64,000 bases of DNA, from assembly GCA_964035545.1 (NCBI GenBank), contig OZ037768.1:24731344-24795343 (forward strand), written 5' to 3'. Under the pieces are notes generated by a model, which searched no databases, had not been told where the DNA came from, and worked only from the letters and a program-made list of their open reading frames with translations. Within the stretch, counting starts at the first letter, position 1. Each line of letters starts with the position of its first letter. Of this stretch, positions 22,808 to 36,900 are shown piece after piece. This DNA comes from Bugula neritina. Taxonomy: Eukaryota > Animalia > Bryozoa. The position numbers and the translations under genes are program-made.

Positions 22808-22813
22808 AATAAA
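22808..22813 (+). terminator. Candidate polyadenylation signal of TRAPPC8
   Basis: AATAAA 36 nt after the stop codon. Confidence 0.6.
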
Positions 22814-22840
22814 GTTAATTGACGAGTCTTTTCTTATATA

Positions 22841-22846
22841 TTTATT
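22841..22846 (-). terminator. Candidate polyadenylation signal of TOMM7
   Basis: AATAAA on the minus strand about 190 nt after the TOMM7 stop. Confidence 0.5.
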
Positions 22847-23035
22847 ATCACAAAACCAGATATTTATATACAATACATGATAATTTCATACAGTACAAGA
22901 TGTATTTACATTTGGTTTCGGTTGAGTGAACGTAGTGAAATACAAGTAGAACTTCACTGCGGGTTTTGTGAAATGATGTTTCAGGCGTTACTTGTGAGGG
23001 TGAAATTGTGCTGCGTACAAGTCTTCATTTCCTTT

Positions 23036-23672
23036 CTAACCAGTCGGCATAAATACACTGCAATTAATAGAATTGTGATCATACATTAGCATGTGAAGGT
23101 AAAATAGCAGGTGATGGTAGAACAGCAAGTGATGGTAGAACAGCATGTGAAGGTAGAATAGCATCACTTACTCTATGAGTGTAGGGTCTGGCATACCCTC
23201 TGATCCACCCTTTCTTATTCCTGCAAAAATTCATTATTTTGGTAAAAAGCCACCATGAGCTCACAGATGGTACTGGTGAGTACAGAGGCATACCAACTCA
23301 GTTAGATGGGAACACAAGCTAAACTAGCTCCAACACATGCAACATACAATAAATATATGGGGTAATAGTTGTTTGCATTTGCAAACTTGTATTATAATTG
23401 AAGTTATTGATGGAATAAATGGATATATACTAATCCTTCCAACAATAAAGAATTAATGATACATTAAGATGACGAATATTTAAATCTGAAGTCAAGAGTT
23501 TTAATACTTTACTAAAAACTTCAACTAAAATGTAAAACTTACCCAAATAAATAACAGTTGGTAAAAAGCCCCAATGAAACACAAACTTTGCAAAACTGGC
23601 AACAGTGTATACCCTAGACTTCATTCCACTCAGTTCATCATGAGCAGGCTTGGGCATACCAATTGACTGCAT
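23036..23672 (-). CDS. TOMM7: Mitochondrial import receptor subunit Tom7
   Basis: Exons 23672-23543, 23220-23172 and 23057-23036 give ...AKFVFHWGFLPTVIYLG IRKGGSEGMPDPTLI DVFMPTG*; the FHWGFxPxVIYLG and GMPxPT signatures of Tom7 are present. The start codon may be a later ATG; an upstream acceptor near 23717 implies a 5' UTR intron. Confidence 0.9.
23088..23163. repeat. 18-bp repeat x4 in TOMM7 last intron
   Basis: Unit AGCANGTGAWGGTAGAAY. Confidence 0.8.
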
Positions 23673-26609
23673 AGTGTCAGTGATGGAGTAAACAGCAATT
23701 CAAAACAATCACTACCTAGAAATTACATTAACTTGAAGGAACAAAATAATTATTAAAACAATGGTGATCATAATTCCATTCTACAAAATATTATTAGTAC
23801 ATGTAACATAGGCTCACTATACTTTTTACACTGATATAATAAAACAATAAAAATATAACAATCATAATGACAGTGCCATGCTACCCGAACAGGACAAAGT
23901 GGAGATAGGTGAGAATCATAATGACAGTGCCTTACACAGCTAGCAAACCAGTGACTACAAGGCTAAGTAACACTAACAGTAACTGTAAATGAGTGCATTA
24001 GGTGAGTGCATTAAGTGAGTGCAGCAAGCCTGGTTACCGTGATTACTAACCTACAGCAATGGTTACTTACTCTTAGGCTTAAAGTAGTCATCGTCATATT
24101 ATTTAATTTACAGTTAGTTTAGTAGAAATATTAAATTTGGTTATTTTTTATACTATTAACTTTCAAGTGACTAACTTTATAGCTTACAATAAATAATATG
24201 ATCATAGATATTAATAGTAATACCATGATTATCATCACCATTATTATTCGTAATCACATTACTACAACTATAGTTATTACTATAACTATAAGTATTACTA
24301 TTATTACTACTAATGGTATTAATATTACTAAGTACTAGTACGGATACTACTACCAGCACTACTACTACTACTAGTACTATAACTATAAGTATAACTATAA
24401 CTAAAAGCATAACTATAAGTATTACTGTAAGTGTATTACTATTAGTATAACTGTAACTAAACTTTAACTATAACTATAAGTATAAGTAATACTAATACTA
24501 ATACCTGTCGATACCTGTCGATGTTATTTCCACACTGGACCTTACTAGAGGGAAGAAGGGGTGTGCCTCATATAAAAAAAAACTAAGTTGTAATACTGAT
24601 AGTTAATGTTATACTTAAATAGATAGAAAAAGAATAAGTATAACAAATTGAAATTGAAATAGTAAAACTCAGACTAGATGGAATATTTATATCAACAGTA
24701 ATGAGTAAGAGTAGTACTTACTGTACTGTAAGTATAACATTAACTATAACTGTATAAGTATAACATTAGTCATTATGATTATCATTATGATTATGATTGT
24801 GATTAACTTCAACTATAATTATAACGTGAACAGCTATTTTTGAGTTTAAGTTTAGCATAAACTATAGTATAACTATAAGTATAAGGCTAAGCTGTAAGCA
24901 TACTAATAGTAATACTGATACTCATAGTCATACTCATAGTCATACTCATAGTGATACTCATAGTGATACTGATAGTGATAGTCCTACTGATACTCATACT
25001 GATAGTGATACTGCATAAGCAAATTTAAATATAGCCTACAATAATTATAAATATAATTTCAACTTCTTAGATTGAAGATGAACTTGATAAAGGTTAGGAT
25101 ATAAAATTAAATATATGTTAAAGTTTAACTACAATAAGCAATTTAAGTTTAAGTTTAACAATATGCATAACTAACTTGCTTAATGCGTGGGTAATCGAAC
25201 TTATAAAAGAAATCGCTAGATACAGCACAAATTCTGGAATCACCGAATGCAGTGTTCGCATATAATGATTGTCCAAATTCTAAGACTCCCATGACTGTTT
25301 CTAGTTATTCCCAACTTTGTGCTGCATCAAGCGCTTTCACATATTGTAAAGTATAAGAAATATTTATTATCATTGCCTGAATAAGAATTTGTATACACAT
25401 GCAGCATATTATGTAGTCTGCATTGTAGATAAGAATAATAAAATTAATGACCTTGTTATTAATAATTGAAAAGATTTATGTTTGCCTGTATTGGAACAAA
25501 CTTTAACAAGGGTTAATTAGTAGTTTTATGATGCATGAATTTTAAAATTGGAGTTGTTGTCTTTTCTTCAAACAAGTATTCTAGATTTTTATTGCTAGTT
25601 TTAAAAACAAAACAAAAGAGACAAAAAATTAATTTAAACTTTTTTTATTATACAAAATTGAATTTACTAACTTTCCATCAACACAGTGTACGCTTTTAAT
25701 TAACTCGATCGGTGAAAAAACCCAGGTAATGCCGTACGCTCGGGCGAAAGATAGGGAATTTTGTATCGTAGTTTTTATCGTAAATTAAATTTAATGCAAT
25801 ATTCTTATTATTATTAGTATTACTATTAGTATTACATTTACTATTACTATTACATTTACCACTAGTATTTGTAATAATTCTATCAATGTAATTTTGAAAT
25901 TTTAATTTAAATCAATAATACTTATATTAGTATAAGTATTAATTTTAAATATCGATGTGGATAATATTAATTATTTAATATAAATAAGTATCACTATTAA
26001 CTATCAGTATTACTGTATTAGTATTAAGTTTAACCTTTCTTATCATGTCTATGACCATTGTCCATTGGGCACAGGATAGGCCTATGACTATCAGTTTCAG
26101 TACCACGATGATGATGATGATGAGTATCATTATCGCCTATCACCATCACTATCAGACTCAGTATGATTATGAGTATAACACTATAACTATAAGATAAAGG
26201 TTATCATTATGTAAGTAATACTAATACTAATACTAATAATATAAACATCAGTATTAAACTTAATAGTAAACTACAGGTATGACATTAATATTGTAATTAA
26301 ACCGAAATATTAAACTCAAATATGTTATACTTATTGTTAGAAACATTTTAATATTTATATTGCAATTTTGCTATTACTATTAGTATTAGTATTAATATTA
26401 GACTAGTATTAGTATTACTAGTAGTTTAGTTAGTCTTAATCTTATGACTATGAGGATGACTTATGAGTCATGAGAGGTATGACTATGACTTTCACTATCA
26501 GTATAAGTATCGCGCTATCAAATTACTAAATTCAATATCATGCTGAAGGTTGGAGAGAATGTAATAGCTCACACTCATTGTGATTGTGATAATCATATTT
26601 CTACTTAGG

Positions 26610-27113
26610 TTTCATCTCAGATAGACGCTTTCCAGTTAAACACATCCCACTTAGACGCTTCTCAGTTAGACACTATTTTTTATTTTGGTACAGCATATAT
26701 AGTAATAGACCTTTATATACTTATATAACTGCTGTATTGACTGCTACACAAGAAATAAAAGGTAATACGAGTTATCTGGTATAATATTTCAATTTTACGA
26801 ATTTGCGTGAGACAAAAAAAACAGTAATACATTAGTAATAGACACTGTCTTTAATGAATACTTATTGTATTAATAAAATGTTTTTTCAAACAACAAGAAG
26901 TATAGAAAATGCAAAATTAATAAGTTGATGCAGATCATTATGTGTGTTGTTAGTGGCTTTTTGCTACCTATTAAGTGCTAAATAGCTAGCAATTAATTCA
27001 AATTTATTTATATATACACATATTTCAATAACATTCAAATAAATTGTACATAAAATATGTATATTGTACCAAAATAAATAAATAGCATCCAACTGGGAAG
27101 CATTTAACTGAAA
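26610..27113. mobile_element. Probable MITE with imperfect terminal inverted repeats
   Basis: GACGCTTCTCAGTTAGACACTATTTTTTATTTTGGTACA (about 26654-26691) is inverted relative to TGTACCAAAATAAATAAATAGCATCCAACTGGGAAGCAT (about 27065-27103); no TSD resolved. Confidence 0.6.
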
Positions 27114-27913
27114 TTATGCTTATACTTATACAGTCATAGTCATGGTGATAAGTGTAAGGTAGTGATTGTTATTGGTAATATTGCTTGATTTGGATTGATG
27201 AAATTAAATAAAAATAATAATAAGTTATGGAAATAGTAATCATTATGATTATTATGATAACTGTACTCACAACTGCCATAAGGGGTCATATAGCTAAGCA
27301 CAGTGACAATGGCAAGGTTGATCTAAATGTTATACTTATTGTTCTTACAAGTATTATTATTATAAATCTTAAATTAAAGTGTAATTAATAATAATGATTG
27401 ATTTCGAAATGATGTTAATAATATTTAGCAGCAATATAATATTTATCGATGAATTATTTTTAATAATAACATTAAACTTAATTTTGTTATCATTATGCCC
27501 GTAACTCTTAGTCTTATGACTTATGAGTCTTCTTGTACTAGACTAATACCCAGTCTTATGAAATTAATTCATAGAATGAAATTTTTGTTTCAAGTTAAAG
27601 TTGTTAAATAATCATCGTATTCACAAATTTATTATTTTGAGCTCTTGGTTTTATCTTTTCTATAGTTGTAGTTGTATATCTATACTACTTTTACCTTCAT
27701 CTTGTTCTCACTTGAAAAATTTAAAGTTTAACTTTTTGTTTTTGGTATTGTTAATTCACTAATATTAATTTTACAAGATAATAGATTTTGTGTAATTTTG
27801 AATTTTGATAGGTATGCGGGTTAACTCGATTGAGCAATGGCTTGTAGCTATCATAATATTAACTGATAATGATGAGTCACTGTTACAGGTCCACCATATA
27901 CTTTGCTTGTCTA

Positions 27914-30900
27914 ATGGACGGAGAACGGTCTGCAGCCGGTCCCCTGGTAGTCTTTGCCAGCCGACCAAATTCTCACCCATTCCAGGAGCGGCAAGTTTAC
28001 TGTGAGGAGCCGGTGAAGATCGGCAGATCTGTGGCCAGAGTTCACCCAGCTCCTAGCAACGCCATCTTTGACTGCAAAGTTCTCTCTCGAAATCATGCCT
28101 TGCTGTGGTTTGAGGAGGCAAAAGTAAGGGGCGTAGAAATTATTCTGTGTTTATCTTCTGGTTAATGCCTTTGTGTAGTTTATATCTTAAGAAATGTCAT
28201 AAGAAATCTGTACCATGTTTAGTATTGAATACAAATCTATGTATTTCAGTTTTTCCTGCAAGATACGAAAAGCAGTAACGGCACATTTGTAAATAACCAA
28301 AGACTAAGTAAAGGTTCAGAGGAAAGTGAACCTCATGAGATATTTTCTGGAGACATCATTCAGTTTGGTGTGGATGTGATGGAGAATTCAAAGAGAGGTC
28401 AGTGTGTAATAATATTATGTAATAATACTGAGTTATATTATGTAATAATACTGAGTTATATTATGTAATAATACTGAGTTATATTATGTAGTAATACTGA
28501 GTTATATTATGTAGTAATACTGAGTTATATTATGTAATAATACTGAGTTATATTATATAATAATACTGAGTTATATTATGTAATAATACTGAGTTATATT
28601 ATGTAATAATACTGAGTTATATTATATAATAATACTGAGTTATATTATGTAATAATACTGAGTTATATTATGTAGTAATACTGAGTTATATTATGTAATA
28701 ATACTGAGTTATATTATGTAATAATACTGAGTTATATTATATAATAATACTGAGTTATATTATGTAATAATACTGAGTTATATTATGTAATAATACTGAG
28801 TTATATTATGTAATAATACTGAGTTATATTATATAATAATACTGAGTTATATTATATAATAATACTGAGTTATATTATGTAATAATACTGAGTTATATTA
28901 TGTAGTAATACTGAGTTATATTATGTAATAATACTGAGTTATATTATATAATAATACTGAGTTATATTATGTAATAATACTGAGTTATATTATGTAATAA
29001 TACTGAGTTATATTATGTAATAATACTGAGTTATATTATGTAATAATACTGAGTTATATTATGTAGTAATACTGAGTTATATTATGTAATAATACTGAGT
29101 TATATTATGTAATAATACTGAGTTATATTATGTAGTAATACTGAGTTATATTATGTAATAATACTGAGTTATATTATGTAATAATACTGAGTTATATTAT
29201 ATAATAATACTGAGTTATATTATGTAGTAATACTGAGTTATATTATGTAGTAATACTGAGTTATATTATGTAATAATACTGAGTTATATTATGTAGTAAT
29301 ACTGAGTTATATTATGTAGTAATACTGAGTTATATTATGTAGTAATACTGAGTTATATTATGTAGTAATACTGAGTTATATTATGTAGTAATACTGAGTC
29401 ATGTTGCAGTGACTCACGGCTGTATCATGGCATCCATCACGTTGTATTTACCTGACGGCAGCGAAGGTAAGCCGAGGTTTGTCAGCAGCAGCCTGTCTAG
29501 TGCTCATTCAATAAGTACTGTACACTCACAGGAAATGTATCAGTTGTCTCAGTTCCTTCAGGAGGCTCTGCACAGAGAGCAGGTATATATTGTGTTGTAA
29601 TATAATATGTTGTATAGTGTAATATAGTGTAATATAATATGTTGTATAGTGTAATATAGTGTAATGTAATATGTTGTATAGTGTAATATAGTGTAATGTA
29701 ATATGTTGTATAGTGTAATATAGTGTAATATAATATGTTGTATAGTGTAATATAGTGTGATATAATATGTTGTATAGTGTAATATAGTGTAATATAATAT
29801 GTTGTATAGTGTAATATAGTGTAATATAATATGTTGTATAGTGTAATATAGTGTAATGTAATATGTTGTATAGTGTAATATAGTGTAATATAATATGTTG
29901 TATAGTGTAATATAGTGTGATATATGTTGTATAGTGTAATATAGTGTAATATAATATGTTGTATAGTGTAATATAATATGTTGTATAGTGTAATATGGTG
30001 TAATATAATATGTTGTATAGTGTAATATAGTGTAATATAATATGTTGTATAGTGTAATATAGTGTAATATAATATGTTGTATAGTGTAATATAATATGTT
30101 GTATAGTGTAATATGGTGTAATATAATATGTTGTATAGTGTAATATAGTGTAATATAATATGTTGTATAGTGTAATATGGTGTAATATAATATGTTGTAT
30201 AGTGTAATATAGTGTAATATAATATGTTGTATAGTGTAATATAGTGTAATATAATATGTTGTATAGTGTAATATAATATGTTGTATAGTGTAATATGGTG
30301 TAATATAATATGTTGTATAGTGTAATATAGTGTAATATAATATGTTGTATAGTGTAATATGGTGTAATGTAATATGTTGTATAGTGTAATATAGTGTGAT
30401 ATAATATGTTGTATAGTGTAATATAGTGTAATATAATATGTTGTATAGTGTAATATAGTGTAATATAATATGTTGTATAGTGTAATATAGTGTAATATAA
30501 TATGTTGTATAGTGTAATATAGTGTGATATAATATGTTGTATAGTGTAATATAATATGTTGTATAGTGTAATATAGTGTAATATAATATGTTGTATAGTG
30601 TAATATAGTGTAATATAATATGTTGTATAGTGTAATATAGTGTAATATAATATGTTGTACAGTGTAATATAGTGTAATATAATATGTTGTATAGTGTAAT
30701 ATAGTGTAATATAATATGTTGTATAGTGTAATATAGTGTGATATAATATGTTGTATAGTGTAATATAGTGTAATATAATATGTTGTATAGTGTAATATAG
30801 TGTGATATAATATGTTGTATAGTGTAATATAATATGTTGTATAGTGTAATATAGTGTGATATAATATGTTGTATAGTGTAATATAGTGTAATATAATATG

Positions 30901-33900
30901 TTGTATAGTGTAATATAGTGTGATATAATATGTTGTATAGTGTAATATAGTGTAATATAATATGTTGTATAGTGTAATATAGTGTAATATAATATGTTGT
31001 ATAGTGTAATATAGTGTGATATAATATGTTGTATAGTGTAATATAATATGTTGTATAGTGTAATATAGTGTAATATAATATGTTGTATAGTGTAATATAG
31101 TGTAATATAATATGTTGTATAGTGTAATATAGTGTAATATAATATGTTGTACAGTGTAATATAGTGTAATATAATATGTTGTATAGTGTAATATAGTGTA
31201 ATATAATATGTTGTATAGTGTAATATAGTGTGATATAATATGTTGTATAGTGTAATATAGTGTGATATAATATAGTGTATAGTGTAATATAGTGTGATAT
31301 AATATGTTGTATAGTGTAATATAATATGTTGTATAGTGTAATATAGTGTAATATAATATGTTGTATAGTGTAATATAGTGTAATATAATATGTTGTACAG
31401 TGTAATATAGTGTAATATAATATGTTGTATAGTGTAATATAGTGTAATATAATATGTTGTATAGTGTAATATAGTGTAATATAATATGTTGTATAGTGTA
31501 ATATAGTGTGATATAATATGTTGTATAGTGTAATATAGTGTGATAGAATATGTTATATAGTGTAATATAATATAGTATATAATGTAATATAACATAGTAT
31601 ATAGTGTAATTTAATATGTTGTACAGATTCTACAAGATAAACTAACACATCTACAGAGCTTGTTACATTCTACAAATGAATCGTGTGAATCGAGTTGGCA
31701 AGCTCTGATCAAAGAGGACCGACTTTTGTCTAAACTAGAGGTTCTACAGAATCAGCTTTCTGTGTATAGTAAAGTGAGTATATGTTATATTACTATTATA
31801 CTGTAATATTATACTGTAATATATTACTATTATACTGTAATATTACTATTATACTGTAATATTATACTGTAATATATTACTATTATACTGTAATATTGTA
31901 CTGTAATATATTACTATTATACTGTAATATTACTATTATACTGTAATATTATACTGTAATATATTACTATTATACTGTAATATTACTATTATACTGTAAT
32001 ATTATACTGTAATATTATACTGTAATATTGTACTGTAATATATTACTATTATACTGTAATATTACTATTATACTGTAATATTATACTGTAATATATTACT
32101 ATTATACTGTAATATTACTATTATACTGTAATATTATACTGTAATATATTACTATTATACTGTAATATTGTACTGTAATATATTACTATTATACTGTAAT
32201 ATTACTATTATACTGTAATATTATACTGTAATATATTACTATTATACTGTAATATTACTATTATACTGTAATATTATACTGTAATATTATACTGTAATAT
32301 TGTACTGTAATATATTACTATTATACTGTAATATTACTATTATACTGTAATATTATACTGTAATATTACTATTATACTGTAATATTATACTGTAATATAT
32401 TACTATTATACTGTAATATTGTACTGTAATATATTACTATTATACTGTAATATATTACTATTATACTGTAATATTATACTGTAATATATTACTATTATAC
32501 TGTAATATTGTACTGTAATATATTACTATTATACTGTAATATTACTATTATACTGTAATATTATACTGTAATATATTACTATAATATATTACTATTATAA
32601 TATATTACTATTATAGTATATTACTATACGCATATTCTACAGAACCAAACTGAAGGGAGTCTTCAGCACCAGATCATAAGTATGGAGGAGGAGAGACTTC
32701 GCTATGAACAGAGTAGCAAGGAGTCTCTACGGAAGGTTCTAGAAGAGAAGATTGTAGCTATTCAAGATCTGGCTGAAGTAGAGGTAACTACCTGCTAGCC
32801 CTTCTAGCTACTTGCTACCCCTTCTAGTTACTTGCTACCCCTTCTAGTTACTTGCTACCCCTTTATGCAAGTTCTGCTGCTACAATTTTAGAGGTCATTG
32901 GCTAACACTGAGAATGAATGTCAGTATCTGAAAGACTTACATGAGAAAAGTCAGCAGCAATACGCTGACCTAACTGAGCAGTTTGAAGCTAAGATGAAGG
33001 AGCACTCAGAGCTGGAACAACAACTGCAGGTTGACATGTTATATATATTATATAACTGAGTATGTTATATAACTGAGTGTATTATATAACTGAGTATATT
33101 ATATAACTGAGTATATTATATAACTGAGTATGTTATATAACTGAGTGTATTATATAACTGAGTGTATTATATAACTGAGTATATTATATAACTGAGTATG
33201 TTATATAACTGAGTGTATTATATAACTGAGTGTATTATATAACTGAGTGTATTATATAACTGAGTATATTATATAACTGAGTGTATTATATAACTGAGTG
33301 TATTATATAACTGAGTGTATTATATAACTGAGTGTATTATATAACTGAGTATGTTATATAACTGAGTGTATTATATGACTGAGTGTATTATATAACTGAG
33401 TGTATTATATAACTGAGTATATTATATAACTGAGTGTATTATATAACTGAGTGTATTATATAACTGCGTGTATTATATGACTGAGTGTATTATATAACTG
33501 AGTGTATTATATAACTGAGTGTATTATATAACTGAGTGTATTATATAACTGAGTATGTTATATAACTGAGTGTATTATATAACTGAGTATGTTATATAAC
33601 TGAGTGTGTTATATAACTGAGTGTATTATATAACTGAGTGTATTATATAACTGAGTATATTATATAACTGAGTGTATTATATAACTGAGTGTATTATATA
33701 ACTGAGTGTATTATATAACTGAGTGTATTATATAACTGAGTGTATTATATAACTGAGTGTATTATATAACTGAGTGTATTATATAACTGAGTGTATCATA
33801 TAACTGAGTGTATCATATAACTGAGTGTATCATATAACTGAGTATATCATATAACTGAGTGTATCATATAACTGAGTGTATTATATAACTGAGTGTATTA

Positions 33901-36900
33901 TATAACTGAGTATATTATATAACTGAGTATATTATATAACTGAGTATATTATATAACTGAGTATATTATATTACTGAGTATATTATATAACTGAGTATAT
34001 TATATAACTGAGTGTATTATATAACTGAGTGTATTATATAACTGAGTGTATTATATAACTGAGTGTATTATATAACTGAGTATATTATATAACTGAGTGT
34101 ATTATATAACTGAGTGTATTATATAACTGAGTATATTATATAACTGAGTGTATTATATAACTGAGTATATTATATAACTGAGTGTATTATATAACTGAGT
34201 ATATTATATGACTGAGTATATTATATAACTGAGTATATTATATGACTGAGTGTATGCAGGGTATACGTATAAACAACATGTTGTTGCTCTGAGTAGGAAG
34301 CAGTGACTAAAAGGGAAGCAGATTATACAGAATATGAGGCTATAAAAGATGGAATTCAGGCTAAACTGGAGGCAGCTTTAGCTGACAGAGATGCCTACCA
34401 GGCTAAAGTCATACACCTACAGAATATGCAATCACAGCCATCTAAATCAGAACCGAGTGCTAATGGTGGTGGTGACGATTCCCCAATCAATGGAGAAATA
34501 TTGGAAGGAGAGAGAGACTCGTGTCACCCGCCCTCTCCTGACTCAGTTGACTCAATAGAATCTCTCAGACTACAAGTCGAAGATTCACAAATCAAAATAC
34601 AAGACTATCAGAGTGAGTATTACAGTAACACAGTATATTATGTTATAGTAACACAGTATATTATGTTACAGTAACGCAGTATATTATGTTATAGTAACAC
34701 AGTATATTATGTTATAGTAACACAGTATATTATGTTATAGTAACGCAGTATATTATGTTATAGTAACACAGTATATTATGTTATAGTAACACAGTATATT
34801 ATGTTATAGTAACGCAGTATATTATGTTATAGTAACGCAGTATATTATGTTATAGTAACACAGTATATTATGTTATAGTAACACAGTATATTATGTTATA
34901 GTAACACAGTATATTATGTTATAGTAACACAGTATATTATGTTATAGTAACACAGTATATTATGTTATAGTAACACAGTATATTATGTTATAGTAACACA
35001 GTATATTATGTTATAGTAACGCAGTATATTATGTTATAGTAACACAGTATATTATGTTATAGTAACACAGTATATTATGTTATAGTAACGCAGTATATTA
35101 TGTTATAGTAACGCAGTATATTATGTTATAGTAACACAGTATATTATGTTATAGTAACACAGTATATTATGTTATAGTAACACAGTATATTATGTTATAG
35201 TAACACAGTATATTATGTTATAGTAACACAGTATATTATGTTATAGTAACACAGTATATTATGTTATAGTAACACAGTATATTATGTTATAGTAACACAG
35301 TATATTATGTTATAGTAACACAGTATATTATGTTATATTACACAGTATATTATGTTATAGTAACACAGTATATTATGTTACAGTAACACAGTATATTGTG
35401 TTATAGTAACGCAGTATATTATGTTATAGTAACACAGTATATTATGTTATAGTAACACAGTATATTATGTTATAGTAACACAGTATATTATGTTATAGTA
35501 ACACAGTATATTATGTTATATTACACAGTATATTATGTTATAGTAACACAGTATATTATGTTATAGTAACACAGTATATTATGTTATAGTAACACAGTAT
35601 ATTATGTTATAGTAACACAGTATATTATGTTATAGTAACACAGTATATTATGTTATAGTAACACAGTATATTATGTTATAGTAACACAGTATATTATGTT
35701 ATAGTAACACAGTATATTATGTTATAGTAACACAGTATATTATGTTATAGTAACACAGTATATTATGTTATAGTAACACAGTATATTATGTTATAGTAAC
35801 ACAGTATATTATGTTATATTACACAGTATATTATGTTATAGTAACACAGTATATTATGTTATAGTAACACAGTATATTATGTTATAGTAACACAGTATAT
35901 TATGTTATAGTAACACAGTATATTATGTTATAGTAACACAGTATATCATGTTATAGTAACACAGTATATTGACAGATCTGTTGAATAAAGCAAAGCAGTC
36001 GCTAGCAGAAAGAGATGATGAAGTGAAGCAGTTAAATCAGAACATGGAGCAGGCGCAGCTGGAAATAGTGGAGTATGTGACAAAAGTGGCTACATTAGAA
36101 GAGAAACTCAAGCTAGTCTCCGAGCATAATGGGGGGCGGGTGGATGAAACAACCAAACTGCTGCAAGGTGGGGTGCTTTATTTTCTATAATAATATTATT
36201 TATATACAGTACTTCAGTATGCACTGTACCACTATACCGTATTTCAACATGCACTGTACCACTATACTGTATTTCAGTATGTTTGAACATTGATAGTTTT
36301 GTTTTAGAGCAAATAACACAGCTAACCCTTTCCCACAACACCGTTGTTGAAGATCTTAAAGGTAATCACTTTTTGGGATTTCATTTCCTATTTCGAGTAT
36401 AGATAGTAATAATATAGACATGAGTATAGATAGTAATAATATAGACATGAGTATAGATAGTAATAATATATACATGAGTATAGATAGTAATAATATAGAC
36501 ATGAGTATAGATAGTAATAATATATACATGAGTATAGATAGTAATAATATAGACATGAGTATAGATAGTAATAATATAGACATGAGTATAGATAGTAATA
36601 ATATAGACATGAGTATAGATAGTAATAATGTAGACATGAGTATAGATAGTAATAATATAGACATGAGTATAGATAGTAATAATATAGACATGAGTATAGA
36701 TAGTAATAATATAGACATGAGTATAGATAGTAATAATATATACATGAGTATAGATAGTAATAATGTAGACATGAGTATAGATAGTAATAATATAGACATG
36801 AGTATAGATAGTAATAATATATACATGAGTATAGATAGTAATAATGTAGACATGAGTATAGATAGTAATAATATAGACATGAGTATAGATAGTAATAATA

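Noticed and set aside
25690-25790. First non-coding exon or promoter of SLMAP (CpG-containing patch with CAG|GTAATG)
   Set aside because: Plausible, but supported only by a donor-like motif; needs TSS data.
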